From: Vezdaea acicularis
Lineage: Eukaryota
Direction: 5' to 3'
Assembly: GCA_026025075.1 (NCBI GenBank)
Contig: JAPEUI010000001.1
Location: 1 to 64,000, forward strand
DNA: 64,000 nucleotides
Shown here: one piece after another, positions 22,504-33,923 of the stretch
How the letters are laid out: every line of letters starts with the position of its first letter
Numbering within the stretch: position 1 is the stretch's first letter
Notes under the pieces: model-generated
Database searches by the model: none
Seen by the model: the letters and a program-made list of their open reading frames with translations, nothing else
What the model was told of the DNA's origin: nothing
Program-made: the position numbers and the translations under genes

Positions 22504-25500
22504 ATGTCACCAACAGATTTTGAGCGTGGAGCCGTCATTGCCGCTCTTGCTGGTATTACTACGTATTTGCTTTATACTCATTCTAGTGGCATTATGGCCT
22601 CCAAAGACTTCAACGCCAAGTTTGAGGTGGGCGACAGCTACGCCGGTCAGGCCAAAAAGGTCAGACCGAACCCCTTGTCTAACCCGGTCGCTGTCGCCAA
22701 GGGGATCCTCGCGGATTCCAAGGCAGTGCACCGAAAGTACCACTTCTATCAGCTGCTTCCACTACTCGAGGACCTCGTGAAGAAAGGCGAACCCCTCGAC
22801 GACAAGAAGGGCACTACCGAGCAGCTCATTGAAATCCTCACTCTCTTGCCCGCCGAGTCGCAGCTGCGCACTGACCTTACAAATACCCTCATCGACACTC
22901 TTTGGAACAACCTCCAGCACCCGCCCCTGAGTTATCTCGGAGGCAACGTGAGTTACCAAACGGATGAAGAGATCAATCAGGCCAAAGCGGATAGAAGGGC
23001 GAAGAACAAGACCAGCTCCCTTGAGCCTGAGTCGATCGAGTTCGTCTCTCCGGTGAATCCCAACATCAAGCTGGTCGAGACCGTGCCCACCCCTCCAAAC
23101 GCTGTTCTCCAGTACCGAACCCCAGATGGCAGCTACAACAATATTCTCAGCCCTGATCTGGGAAGGGCTGGAACGCCATACGCCAAGTCCGTACGAACGG
23201 AAAAGAGGTTGGCCGGCGTCAAGCCCGATGCCGGCCTGCTCTTCGACCTCCTGATGGCTCGCGGGGACAAGCCCGGCGACTTCAAGGAGAACAAAGCTGG
23301 TGTCTCTTCCATGCTCTTCTACCACGCGACAATCATCATTCACGACATCTTCCGCACCAATCGGAAGGACACCAACATCTCTGACACCTCTTCGTACCTT
23401 GACCTCGCGCCATTGTACGGTTCCAGCTTGAAGGAGCAGCTCTCAGTTCGCACGATGAAAGAGGGAAAACTGAAGCCCGACACGTTCGCCGAGAGGCGCT
23501 TGCTCGGTCAACCTCCGGGCGTCAATGCGATCCTTGTGCTCTACAGCAGATTCCACAACTACGTTGCCGATGTTCTCCTCAAGATAAACGAAGCGGACCG
23601 TTTCAAGCTTGCGGTCGGCCCTGACGGAAACCCGGTTGACTACGCCAAGGCCGTAGCCAAGCAGGATCACGACCTTTTCAACACGGCAAGACTGATCGTA
23701 AACGGACTGTACATCAATATCTGCCTTCACGACTACCTGCGTGCTATCACCAACACGCATTCCTCAGCCAGCAACTGGACCCTGGACCCTCGGGTTGAAA
23801 TCGAAAAACACTTTGACGGCCAGGGGACACCGCGTGGGATCGGCAATCAAGTCAGCGCCGAGTTCAATCTTCTGTATCGATTCCATTCTTGCATTTCCAA
23901 GAGGGACGAGGCCTGGACCAACAAGTTTTTCTCGGAACAGATATTTGCGGGAAAGAGGCCAGAGGAGATAATCAAGATGTCGCAAGCCGAACTGATGCAG
24001 GGCATATTACAATTCGAACGGTCGATAGTACCGGAGCCGGAGAATCGAGAGTTTGGCGGCTACAAGAGAGGAGCTGATGGGAAGTTCAAAGATGAAGACC
24101 TCGTGAACTGCCTAAAGGCATCTATGGATGATCCCGCGGGTATCTTCGGCGCTCGACAAGTGCCTAAAATGTTGCGAATGGTTGAGATCTTGGGCATCCT
24201 GCAAGCGCGCAAATGGCAGGTTGCCTCTCTGAACGAGTTCCGTGAGTTCTTTGGCCTGAAGCGCCATCAGAAGTTCGCCGACATCAACTCGAACGTAGAA
24301 ATAGCGAACATCCTGGAGAGGCTATACGCGCACCCCGACATGGTCGAGCTCTACCCCGGCCTCATGATTGAGGACGCCAAGCCGATCAGGACCACCGGCT
24401 GCGGCATCTGCCCTACCTACTCAGTTGGCAGGGCAATCCTCTCGGACGCAATCACCCTCATTCGCTCCGACAGGTTCAACACGGTCGACTACACCGTGAG
24501 CAACCTGACCGCGTGGGGCTACAATGAAGTCCAACAGGACCCCGAGACCCTTGGCGGCTCCATGTTCTACAAGCTCATTCAACGCGGCTTGCCGGGCTGG
24601 TTCCCATACAACTCCCTCAACGTCATGCAGCCTATGTACACGAAGGAGGCCAACATGAGAATCGCCAAGTCCATCGGAACGATCAAATTGTACACGATGG
24701 ACGACCCGAAACCTCCACGCCCCGTCGTCGTTCTTACGAAGCATGATGATTGTAAGGCTGTTCTTCAAGACCACAAAACGTTCGTTGTACCATGGCTGCC
24801 GGGGATCAATGATCTCTTCCCTGGAGAGAGAGATTTCACCTGGTATATGCTCAGCGCCGATGGACCGCAGAACTTGGCGAACAGGAAGATGTCCGAGAAG
24901 ATTCTCTACGGGGCAATGCCCAATCTGTTGCCCACAGTAAAGAATTTCGTCGACAAATGGGGACGTGATTGGATCAACAAAGAGGGCTTCAAGATGGCCG
25001 AGGGTCTTTATGAGATCGACATTCTTCGCGATGTGGTCATCCCGCTTGACGCACGTCTCTTGGCCGACCTATTTTACTTCGACCTGAGAACAGACGACGA
25101 AAACCCCAAGGGCTCGCTTTCGTATTCGGAGGTCTACACGCACTTGTTGAATATCCGCGTCTGGGGCGCCAACAACAATGATCCAGGTCAGGCTTGGAAT
25201 CGCAGACGGTGGGCGCAGCATTCGGTCAAGACGATCATTGACACCACGCGACCGCTGGTACAGGAGGTGGCGAACGAGAAGAATACTGGCGGAATCTTCA
25301 CGTATCTGTCATCAATCATGTCGCCCAACGGATCCCACAACTCCAAGGTAAACGAGGGCTCGCTGCGTTCGATCGGCCGTAAGTTGGTGCAAGGATATCT
25401 TTCGAATGGCGTGTCGGTGGAACAGACGATTGACAATCTCTGGCTCAACGGCTTTGGCGCTGTTGGCATTCTTGTCACCATGGTATGTTTGCGCTTCACT

Positions 25501-26325
25501 GTCCTCTTGGCCGAGCGGCGCTTTTCCAGCTAACAATCTTTCATCAGTTCGCCGAATGTATGGAGTTCTTCCTCCAGCCAAAAAACGCCCAAATCTGGTC
25601 CAATGTCCAAAACATGGCTGAGAAGAACGACGATGGAGGAATCCGCGAGTACGTGCTAGAGGCTCAGCGTCTCACCACACGCGGACGAAACATGCGCATT
25701 GCTACAAAGCCGATGAAGATTGGTGAGAAATCGATCGCGCCTGGAAGCGCAGTAATCTTGATGCTCGTAAGTATTCCTCATGCCCCCCTCCTCCGGATAC
25801 TTCGAAAACTGACACACGGTGACGCGCAGGGCGAGGCAGCGCGCGACGCCAGTCACGTCCCTGACCCGCAGGAGTTCCGACCCAATCGCAGGCGCCAGAG
25901 CACCGAGAGTTCACCGATGGAGCCCTTCAGCGACGGCATCCACCACTGCTTCGGCAGAGAAATCGCGCTCACCTTCGTTTGCGGAATAGTAAAACTTGTG
26001 GCCGGCCTCAAGGACCTCAGGCCCGCGCCCGGCCTCTCCGGCCAGATCAAAGCCATCCAGCTGGGCACCGAGAAGTGCTTCCTCAACGACACTTGGTCGT
26101 ACCTAACCTTCGACCCGACCAGTAAGTCCTTTCTCCGCTCCTGCTCGCCTTCCATCGGGGCACATGACTAACGGCGATTTCCCCCCCCTTGTAGCCTGGA
26201 AGCTCCATTATAGCGGCGTCGGCAAAGGAACGTACAAGGCGGTAGAAAAGACGGCGGAGCAGAAGATGAATATCACGCAAATGGAGATGCTGATCGGCTC
26301 GAAGATAGAACCGGAGAGGCAGTGA
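22504..26325 (+). CDS. ppo: Fatty-acid dioxygenase-cytochrome P450 fusion (Ppo/linoleate diol synthase family); introns near 25483-25548, 25767-25829, 26122-26194
   Basis: Heme-peroxidase motifs YRTPDGSYNN, LFYHATIIIHDIFRT, SSYLDLAPLYG, GNQVSAEFNLLYRFHS, ASLNEFREFFGL, RSDRF; P450 motifs LEAQRL and FSDGIHHCFG. The true start could be 22594. Confidence 0.92.
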
Positions 26326-26899
26326 GCTGCGGGTGAATCGATGACGGGTTCGTCAAGAGTTTTCTTTGATGTAATTTTTGAATAATGCAAGCTCAGCGGC
26401 CGGAGGGATCTCTGCAGTTTTGACCTGATACTTTTTTTCAACTTGGTTTTAGGGAATATGGCGGGAACTGAGCGATATAAAGCTTTAGTAGTGCATGTCA
26501 AGTTAACTTATCAGCTATGAAGAACTCAAATCTTCCTTCAACGCCACTTCAACAACCGCTGAAGTAAAGGTGATGCCACCTCTTAGCGGGATAGCCCCTA
26601 TTTTCTTCCTCTTCTCAACATGTATGTGAAGCAGAAAGTTGTAGTTCTACATCAAGTAACTACTACAGAATTTTGTTCCTTGCGACTCTGCTTCTTTTGA
26701 GAAGCCCACTTGTTCATGTAACCCACGTTTTCTCTGCGTCAGCGAACATCTCAAGCATGCAAGCGGTGCTTGAGTGACTTTGCTTTGTCCCATACCGTAC
26801 AAGTACTGCACTCATTTAGCACACCGCCTGACCTATATATCGATTTCTGTTATGTAGGCGACCTCTTGTTGCACGCGTGGCGCGTCGTTGTATAAGGAG

Positions 26900-28001
26900 C
26901 ACACTCATGTAACGAACAGTCTTCTATTGTACGGAAGGAGCGGGAGGCGGACGCAAAGAGTATGAAAGACGTAGCCTCGTATATTAGCAGCACCTCTCTG
27001 TCTGGTCACGCTGGCTTGGCGAATGCACCCATCTAGAAGATTGAGGTTGTACGGGAGATCACCTGATACGGGAGTCACAAGCATGAACCGCGGCCCTGAC
27101 GGATCCATACAACGTCTGTGGAGTTGACGTTATCTGCTGTGTTGCATAAGCCGTCTTAACGACCCAGTGTCAATTGCAAGAAGATCTATCCAGGTAACTC
27201 CAGCTCCAAAGACGCCGTCAATAAGGCCCAACGCAACAAGTAGCCGCAAGGAATCTTGCATGGCCATTAGAGTTGGTGATAGGCGAAGTATAACAGTCTT
27301 ATGTTGATCCGAAGTTGCTTGACCCTTTTTGATAAACTGGTTTGGTGTTGGCGGCAATTACATGATCTCCATCATCTAAGCGAACCACGTAGAAATCGCA
27401 ATGGTTCCAGCAGAGACAGTGATTTCTGTTCTCTCGCAACGCTTGGACCATCCCAAAGCAAGATCAGAGCCACGACTACATGAATCCACATAGAGATTGA
27501 TGTACGAAGCCACCTTTAGGACCAGTTTCACCCCATGTGGCTTGAGGGCAAAACCATCGGAAAAGAGTAAGGCGAGAATGATATCAAGATCATTCTTGGT
27601 AGCCACTGGTTTTGCTCGAGTTTTTGTTGGACATTTCATCTTCGAGTGTCAGTCGTTTGATATAAGCATAGATGTGTCTTAGATCTATCGCATCGAGTTG
27701 TTTTTTTTCCTCCAGAGGAGCGGTACATGGCGCAGAGAGTATGAGCAATGTAGTTTCGAATTGTCGTGGCAGTAATCCTTTCATCCAAAGGACCCGCAGC
27801 GGTACGAGCAAGATAGAGAACATATAATTTCATCAACTCGAGCGAGAGATGCTGAGCCCCAAGGCAAAAGTATTGTTGCAAATTGGTGTCCCTTATTGAA
27901 GTTCCGTCATTTTGTTGTGCATCTTGTGCGAGTTTTGCCATTCGATCTTGCAGTTTTTTCTCCTTTACACTTGTGGTCTTCTGAACCCGAGGTTTTGTCA
28001 T
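26900..28001 (-). pseudogene. Frameshifted DUF3435-like tyrosine recombinase (Starship captain remnant)
   Basis: Consecutive fragments in different frames: YLARTAAGPLDERITATTIRNY, TKTRAKPVATKNDL, YINLYVDSCSRGSDL, LRLLVALGLIDGVF, RQRGAANI. These resemble motifs I recall for DUF3435 recombinases. Confidence 0.65.
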
Positions 28002-28094
28002 GTTAGGTTTCTATATCATGCTGGAGAGCAGGAGAAGTGGATGAAGGAGCAGAGTCTTAAAGAAGCGTGGCATGAGAGCTATCACCTGTCTCCG

Positions 28095-28158
28095 TGCGTG
28101 CCTGTGTGAGGCTTTGGGGGGGCCGGGGGAGGGGGGGGGGGGAGGGGAGGGGGGGGGG
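28095..28158 (+). repeat. Poly-G tract
   Basis: About 60 nt almost entirely G, just upstream of the recombinase remnant. Confidence 0.9.
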
Positions 28159-28490
28159 GGGGGGGGGCGGGGGGGGGGAAAGAGCAGTGTTTCATTATAC
28201 GAGGGTTCTCCGCTGTAATGGGAGATCCACCCTACAATGAAGGCCCCGGGTTACATGGGCAGCTCTCCGTTTCTGTGAGAGGCCACATATGAAGCAAATC
28301 CTTGTATATGGTAGATCTCTTTCAGATGGGTGTCCCACATGATATAAATGATATCCCAGGAGATGAGCACCCCCTCATTACATCTTCATCCAAAAGTCCA
28401 TTACATTTAAAGATAGTGAGTTCATCTCATAAGCATCGCCGCATAAGATCGGGTATCTCGTCATCCAAACCATCGCATGCATCATGCACA

Positions 28491-30737
28491 TCACGCATAC
28501 CTTCTCGGCCCACTATGCTCCACCATCTCGCCCTCCACCTCAGCCCTTTGCTCCAAATCCCTTCTCTGCTGCTGCGTCGGCATCGGCACCGCCGACCCAT
28601 ATCCAGCTTGCTGCTGTTGACCGTATCCACCTTGCGGTTGCTGCTGATCGTACCCTCCTAGCGATTGCTGCTGCGCGTATCCTTGCTGCTGCTGCTGTCC
28701 TCCGTACCCCTGCTCCCTTCCATACCCCCCACCCGGCATCTGTCTCCCGTATCCACCGCCACCGTTCCCATTCCCACCCTCATACCTCCCACCGGGTAGA
28801 TACTGATCACCCACGAGCGGCTCGCTGGACCTGCTCCGCCACGACTGCGTCGGCGAACCATACCGCTGCGTCGGCGACGTCTCCTGACTCCCTGAATAGG
28901 CCACATACGCCTCCGGAACTGGTCGCGGCGCGGGTCTTCGCTCTTCTTGACGCACGAGACGTCCGCCAGCGCCCATCACCCAGGGTGCGCTGCCTGGTGG
29001 CATTTGTACCATCGGCCCGGAGCTGGGGTTACCTGGGGGTGCAAAATTCGTGGGACCGCTGCCTGGGTTCCCAGGGCCGGGTCCAGCGTTACCTACGTTA
29101 TTTGGAGCTTGAGAGGGGCCATTGTTGATATTCGGGCCATGTAGACCGTTTGTTGGATTCGGGTTTGCTGGCGGGTTCAGAGGGTTGTTGGGAGGGGCAC
29201 TGCTCGGGTTGCCGCCTTTGCTTGGGAAGTACTTCTGGATTGCTAGCTTGCTAAGGAAGGCGATGGAGGCGATGACAGCGGCGCCGCCAAGGGCCCCACC
29301 TACCCCAGCTCCGATTTTGGTGCCGTTTGAGCCACCGCCGCCGCCGCCGCCAGCTGCCGCGGTCGGACTGGAAGTTGCAGTCGCAGTGCTAGAAGGTGTC
29401 TTACTTACACCAAGTGGGCCAAGACCAGCACCTGAGTTGCCGCCACTAGAGCCAGATGGCGTGGGGGTTACAACAAGTGTGGTTTGGGAAGCTACGACTG
29501 TAGTCAGAGAATTGCTCGTGGACGCCGGCGCGGAGGATAGGGTCAAAGAAGGGGACGCACTCGTTGCAGATGCAGACGTAGGTTTTGGAAGACTCGAAGC
29601 TGCTGACGAGGCAGAAGTGGTGCATGGCTGTGTGTTTACGAAGTCCGATTTAAGGTAGGACTGCTCATCACTATTCAAAGTCGACCACCACCCTGGCGTT
29701 GTCTGGCCGTATTGACCCTGGAGGAAACAGCCAAATTGAGAGTCATCATATAAGGCAGCACTCGGTATGTCAGTCAAGAGGGCTGACAGCGCAGACGCAG
29801 CCCTATCAACCGAAGTCGTGCTCGGGAGAGCATATGTTGAAGGATGGAGCGATAATGTTGTCGTCGGGTTAGAACTCGAAGAAATGGTTGGAGTAGGCGT
29901 AGTAGAGGTTGGAGTAGGCGTAGTAGAGGTTGGAGTAGGCGTAGTAGTGGTTGAAGTGGGCGTAGGGGTACTCGACGACGTTGTTTGTTTAGACGACGTT
30001 GATTGCACAGTCGACGGAATATAGGCTGACGGTTGTGTCACGAGAGTTGATCCAGTTGTTTTGGCCGCTAGAAGCATCAACAGATGTCCAACATCTACTC
30101 TGCACACCAAATATTGAGAAACACATTCATACCTGATGATGAACTTGTGACTGCAGCACCTGGCTACACAAAGACTTAGTATCATTTGATGTCTGCCCCG
30201 TACAAATTTCTAGGCTAACCTACGAGTGTATTCAAGTAGATAGTCGACCACCCACAAACAGTTGTTGTGACTGTCACGTAAACGGAGGGTTTCGCATATG
30301 CACTAAACTGTCGAATTTCGTAAGTGATGAGTTGCTAAAAGGTTATCCAAGACATACGATGCTGTTGGCAATACTATGAAGTGTCAGTTTATTTTTCGAG
30401 CATGTCTATTGTGAGACTTACTTGGCACATGATTGAACCGATGCTGGGTTCACTACTGTTGCAATATACGAAGACCAGGCCGGGCCAGTGTATTGCCTTA
30501 ATCACGGAGACATGAGCAACCGCCGACTTTCACTGCGCGATATCATACTGACCCATTATAGCCTGGGAAGAGTGGCGTTCCTGGAAGCTGTCTACGGAAT
30601 AGCTCAGGCTTCGCAGTAATAGTTGTGAATGTCACGACAGCCTCCGGGGGAACGGGTCGCTGAATCGAGGCATCAGCTTGGGCCGCTACACCGCTTCGTA
30701 GCAAGGTCAGAGCGAGGACAAGAAGTGAATTGATCAT
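28491..30737 (-). CDS. Mucin-like single-pass membrane protein (Mid2/Wsc-like layout) with Pro/Gly/Gln/Tyr-rich cytoplasmic tail; multi-exon at the 5' end
   Basis: Signal-peptide exon (MINSLLVLALTLLRSGVAA), S/T-rich stalk with TPTPTST repeats, TM (KIGAGVGGALGGAAVIASIAFL), tail with GGY and QQQQ repeats. Confidence 0.75.
29886..29950. repeat. 21-bp coding tandem repeat (TPTPTST)
   Basis: GGTTGGAGTAGGCGTAGTAGA about 3 times. Confidence 0.85.
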
Positions 30738-31640
30738 GATATCGACTCAGGATATCGATTAACACAGAGCTCGCTCAGGTCAACTGCGCGGTTGAAGGGA
30801 CAAGTCTTGTATAAAAGCTCCAGGTCGGTTCTCGAGTCAACATCATGAAGATGTTGGCGCATGGAGTACGTCTCCATATAGAGCAACGAGCGTGACAAGG
30901 CTGAAGGATATGGTGTGCTCGGCCAAATAGATGGCTGGCCGTGGCTATTAATTGGGAGAAAACGCATTCGCTCGAATATGGTTCGAAATGCTTCTTTCAG
31001 AGAGCCAAGCCAATAGACCGCAGGTGCCATCGCAGCCACAAGGACGAACCATTGGTACGATCTTCTAGTGCTCCGAGGAGGTGGGGCCAGATGAGGCTCG
31101 GTGCAACGGAGTATACCGCTAGCTTGTCAATTGGGGATGGAAGAACAGGCGAGGCCAAGGCTAGACCAGCTGCGCCGCCAACTTACTCAAGCTTTCAAAG
31201 ACCGCTGCATTGTTTTCTACGACAGCCTCGTTCTATCCTGAGCGAGCAATGAATTTGGCCCAGATCGTATGTCAATCTTTGAACCATGGGCGTATTAGCT
31301 TCGGCAATACAGAACTCTGATTTATTAGCCCCAATTCCTTCCACTGCTTGACCGAGGCTGTGTAACAGTCCCAACATCATCAGGACCGGTCACCGCGCAG
31401 GCTATTGCAGTACTGTCACTTGAGCATAGGAAATTCCTAATCCAACATGATGGGTACTGCGGTTTGAACACGGGCCCATAGTGGGCGTATTCACAAAATC
31501 GCGCATGAAAATGGCTGAGACGAGACCCTTGCCAAGAAACGTTGCTATACGTTTCCTGGGAACATTTTCCCTATATTTCTCACCCTTGCTCTCTTCTAAG
31601 ATAGCTATCCACATCACCGTTTTTGCTTCAAAATGTTACG

Positions 31641-32938
31641 ATGGGTATCTTCAACGTCCGGTCCGTGGTCTCTTGGGTCTATCTTCTCGCACATTTCCTA
31701 TGCCTCTCTGAACAAGCTAGTATAAATCTGCCAGTGGATCCAAGCTCGACGAAGCGTGTTCAGAAGAGAGGGCGCGACTACGCGGCACAGGTCAGATGTA
31801 TCGGGCTATCTCCGCTGCTCTCTCCGATTGATTCGCCCTCTGCACAGCAGTTGTGCTCAAAGGCAGAATATGCACCGGCTTTACCAGAGGGTGCTGAAGT
31901 TCCGTTAAGAGCCAATGCCTACTGCGGTAGCGACCCAAGTAGCCAACGGGACATATTCTTTGACCATGTCGGCACAGAAGCCACCATTCCACCGCTAGTC
32001 TTTGCGTTTTGCGCCACGAGATGCAGATGCATCGCCTTAACTCCACCCAATTCTGCACAATGGCTAGCTCCAGAGATCTTAAATAACTTACCGGCTCAGC
32101 AGCAGTCCTGGGACAAGAATCCTGATGGTATTTACACCTACCCTAAGGCAAATACCATAAATTACACTATCGTCACGGAAGACGATGTACATTCTTGGAT
32201 TAGTGCGGCCCCAGCAATGATATCTCGATCTTATGAACCAGCTACATTCTATAGTCCGCCTACATGCTTGGACACGCTTCCTTCACTACTTCCTTATCCA
32301 TTCCAGCCCGAAGATTTCTCGACAGCTCAACAGCTTTGTGCAGCCATCTGGTACGGTGGCAAGAGCACTGGCAACGCCGGATTCGTCTGCTCACCTCTTG
32401 TGCCCGGATCATCTATCCTATTCCTCACCCAGGACACTGTACTGGCACAGTAAGCGTTCCAATCTATGACTAGGAAGTGTTGATTTCCCTAACCGACGAT
32501 ATTACTAGTCCGAGCCTTATGTGGGATAGAAGGGTCGTGAACCAGGACCCTTTGACATCCGATACCGAGGCTTGGTGCAGGTCTATCTGCTCCTGTAACC
32601 CTCAGGAGCCGGTCGCCGAACAAAAATCCATGCTTCTTGAAATTTCCGCGTCGGGCAGCTTATACGCAGATTTTGTAGACGGTAGAGTCGTTAGGCGAGT
32701 CGATCCTAATCGGAAAGGGCCGGCCGTCCCCAAACTCTGGGGTAAAGGGCGATATCCGTTTGCTGCAGCCAGTTTGTCAGGCGGCAACGACGTGGACGTC
32801 TCACGCCGTATAGCTATACTGGCGAAAATGAAAGCAGCGGAAACAAAGCGGTGCCGTCCCGGGTCTAGAACATGCGAAATTGATGGCCAGATAGTCCCAG
32901 GGTTTCTACTGGAATTTCGAGTCATAGGGAGGTGGTAG
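31641..32938 (+). CDS. Secreted Cys-rich protein with two tandem modules; 2 exons (31641-32449, 32509-32938)
   Basis: Signal peptide and KR site; modules SAQQLCSKAEY..ANAYC..FCATRCRC and TAQQLCAAIWYGGKSTGNAGFVC..WCRSICSC; intron GTAAGC..CTAAC..TAG keeps frame. Confidence 0.75.
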
Positions 32939-33923
32939 CAAGCTCTGATTTTAGCGGCATTTGCATGGTTCTATTGGAGCTCCAAGTTTTGAGCGAGCGT
33001 ATTCATCTGGTCGGAACAGCACAGCTCAGCACCTACGTGATTCTAATTGTCGATGGACTTGTGTTAGAAATGGGCTGCAGATAGCACGTTCCGGATGCAC
33101 GCAATATCTATCAGAAGACTTGCTGGATGGTAACACCAGTGAACGTCAGAGATCAAAGGCGCGTTCAGAAAGCCTTGCACCTCTTGTCTCGTTGAAGGCT
33201 CTCACTTCTTGTCTCGCCGGAGCCTCTAACGCTATAAGTAGACATCATTAGTAGCATAGAGCAGGGTTACAGCTAACCTGTTGGTGAGCCCGTAAAAGAT
33301 TTATCTCTTGTATCCATGAAGTCCATGAAACCACGACAGTCGCTGACGCTCAAACTTGCTATTGTGGTGAACGTGTGTGTCCCATCCTGCAAAAATAAAG
33401 AAACAGCCAATAAGGTCTTTTCACAGGGATCCATATGACACTCTACAACATCAAGCCCTAGAGGTCGATAAGGTTGGGGACGGATTATAACGAATTAAGG
33501 CAATGTGGACGGGTGGAGAGCCATATGACGTATGCTCATCTAAAGGATCCAATTCGCCTTGCTCCTGAGGATCATAGATGACAGGTGGGATTAGCCTTCA
33601 GCTCGAAGGCAGATTGGGAGCATGCAGGAACGGGGGGAGAAACCCGCGTGAATGGCGAAGGAGCTGTGCAGCAGCGTCCCTCGCAGGGATGGGCCAGGGA
33701 TCCGTCGCGGATGCTTCGACCGGCTCTCACCTCTCACGTCGGCTATTTTTGTTTTTTCTCCTTCTCAGCACCGAGATTGCCGAGCCGGTTGAGGATGCCA
33801 CCTGCTGTTTGCTCGATGATTATGCTTTGATGCGACCATCACCTAAGGATTCACAGCATTCGAAAGGGCGGCGCCCGCTGCCAGACACGTCCTCCCTCTC
33901 CTCACGAGGACATCAATCGCTTC

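Noticed and set aside
22507..25621. Antisense and overlapping ORFs within ppo, and similar ones within other long genes
   Set aside because: Shadow frames expected from codon bias of the real CDS.
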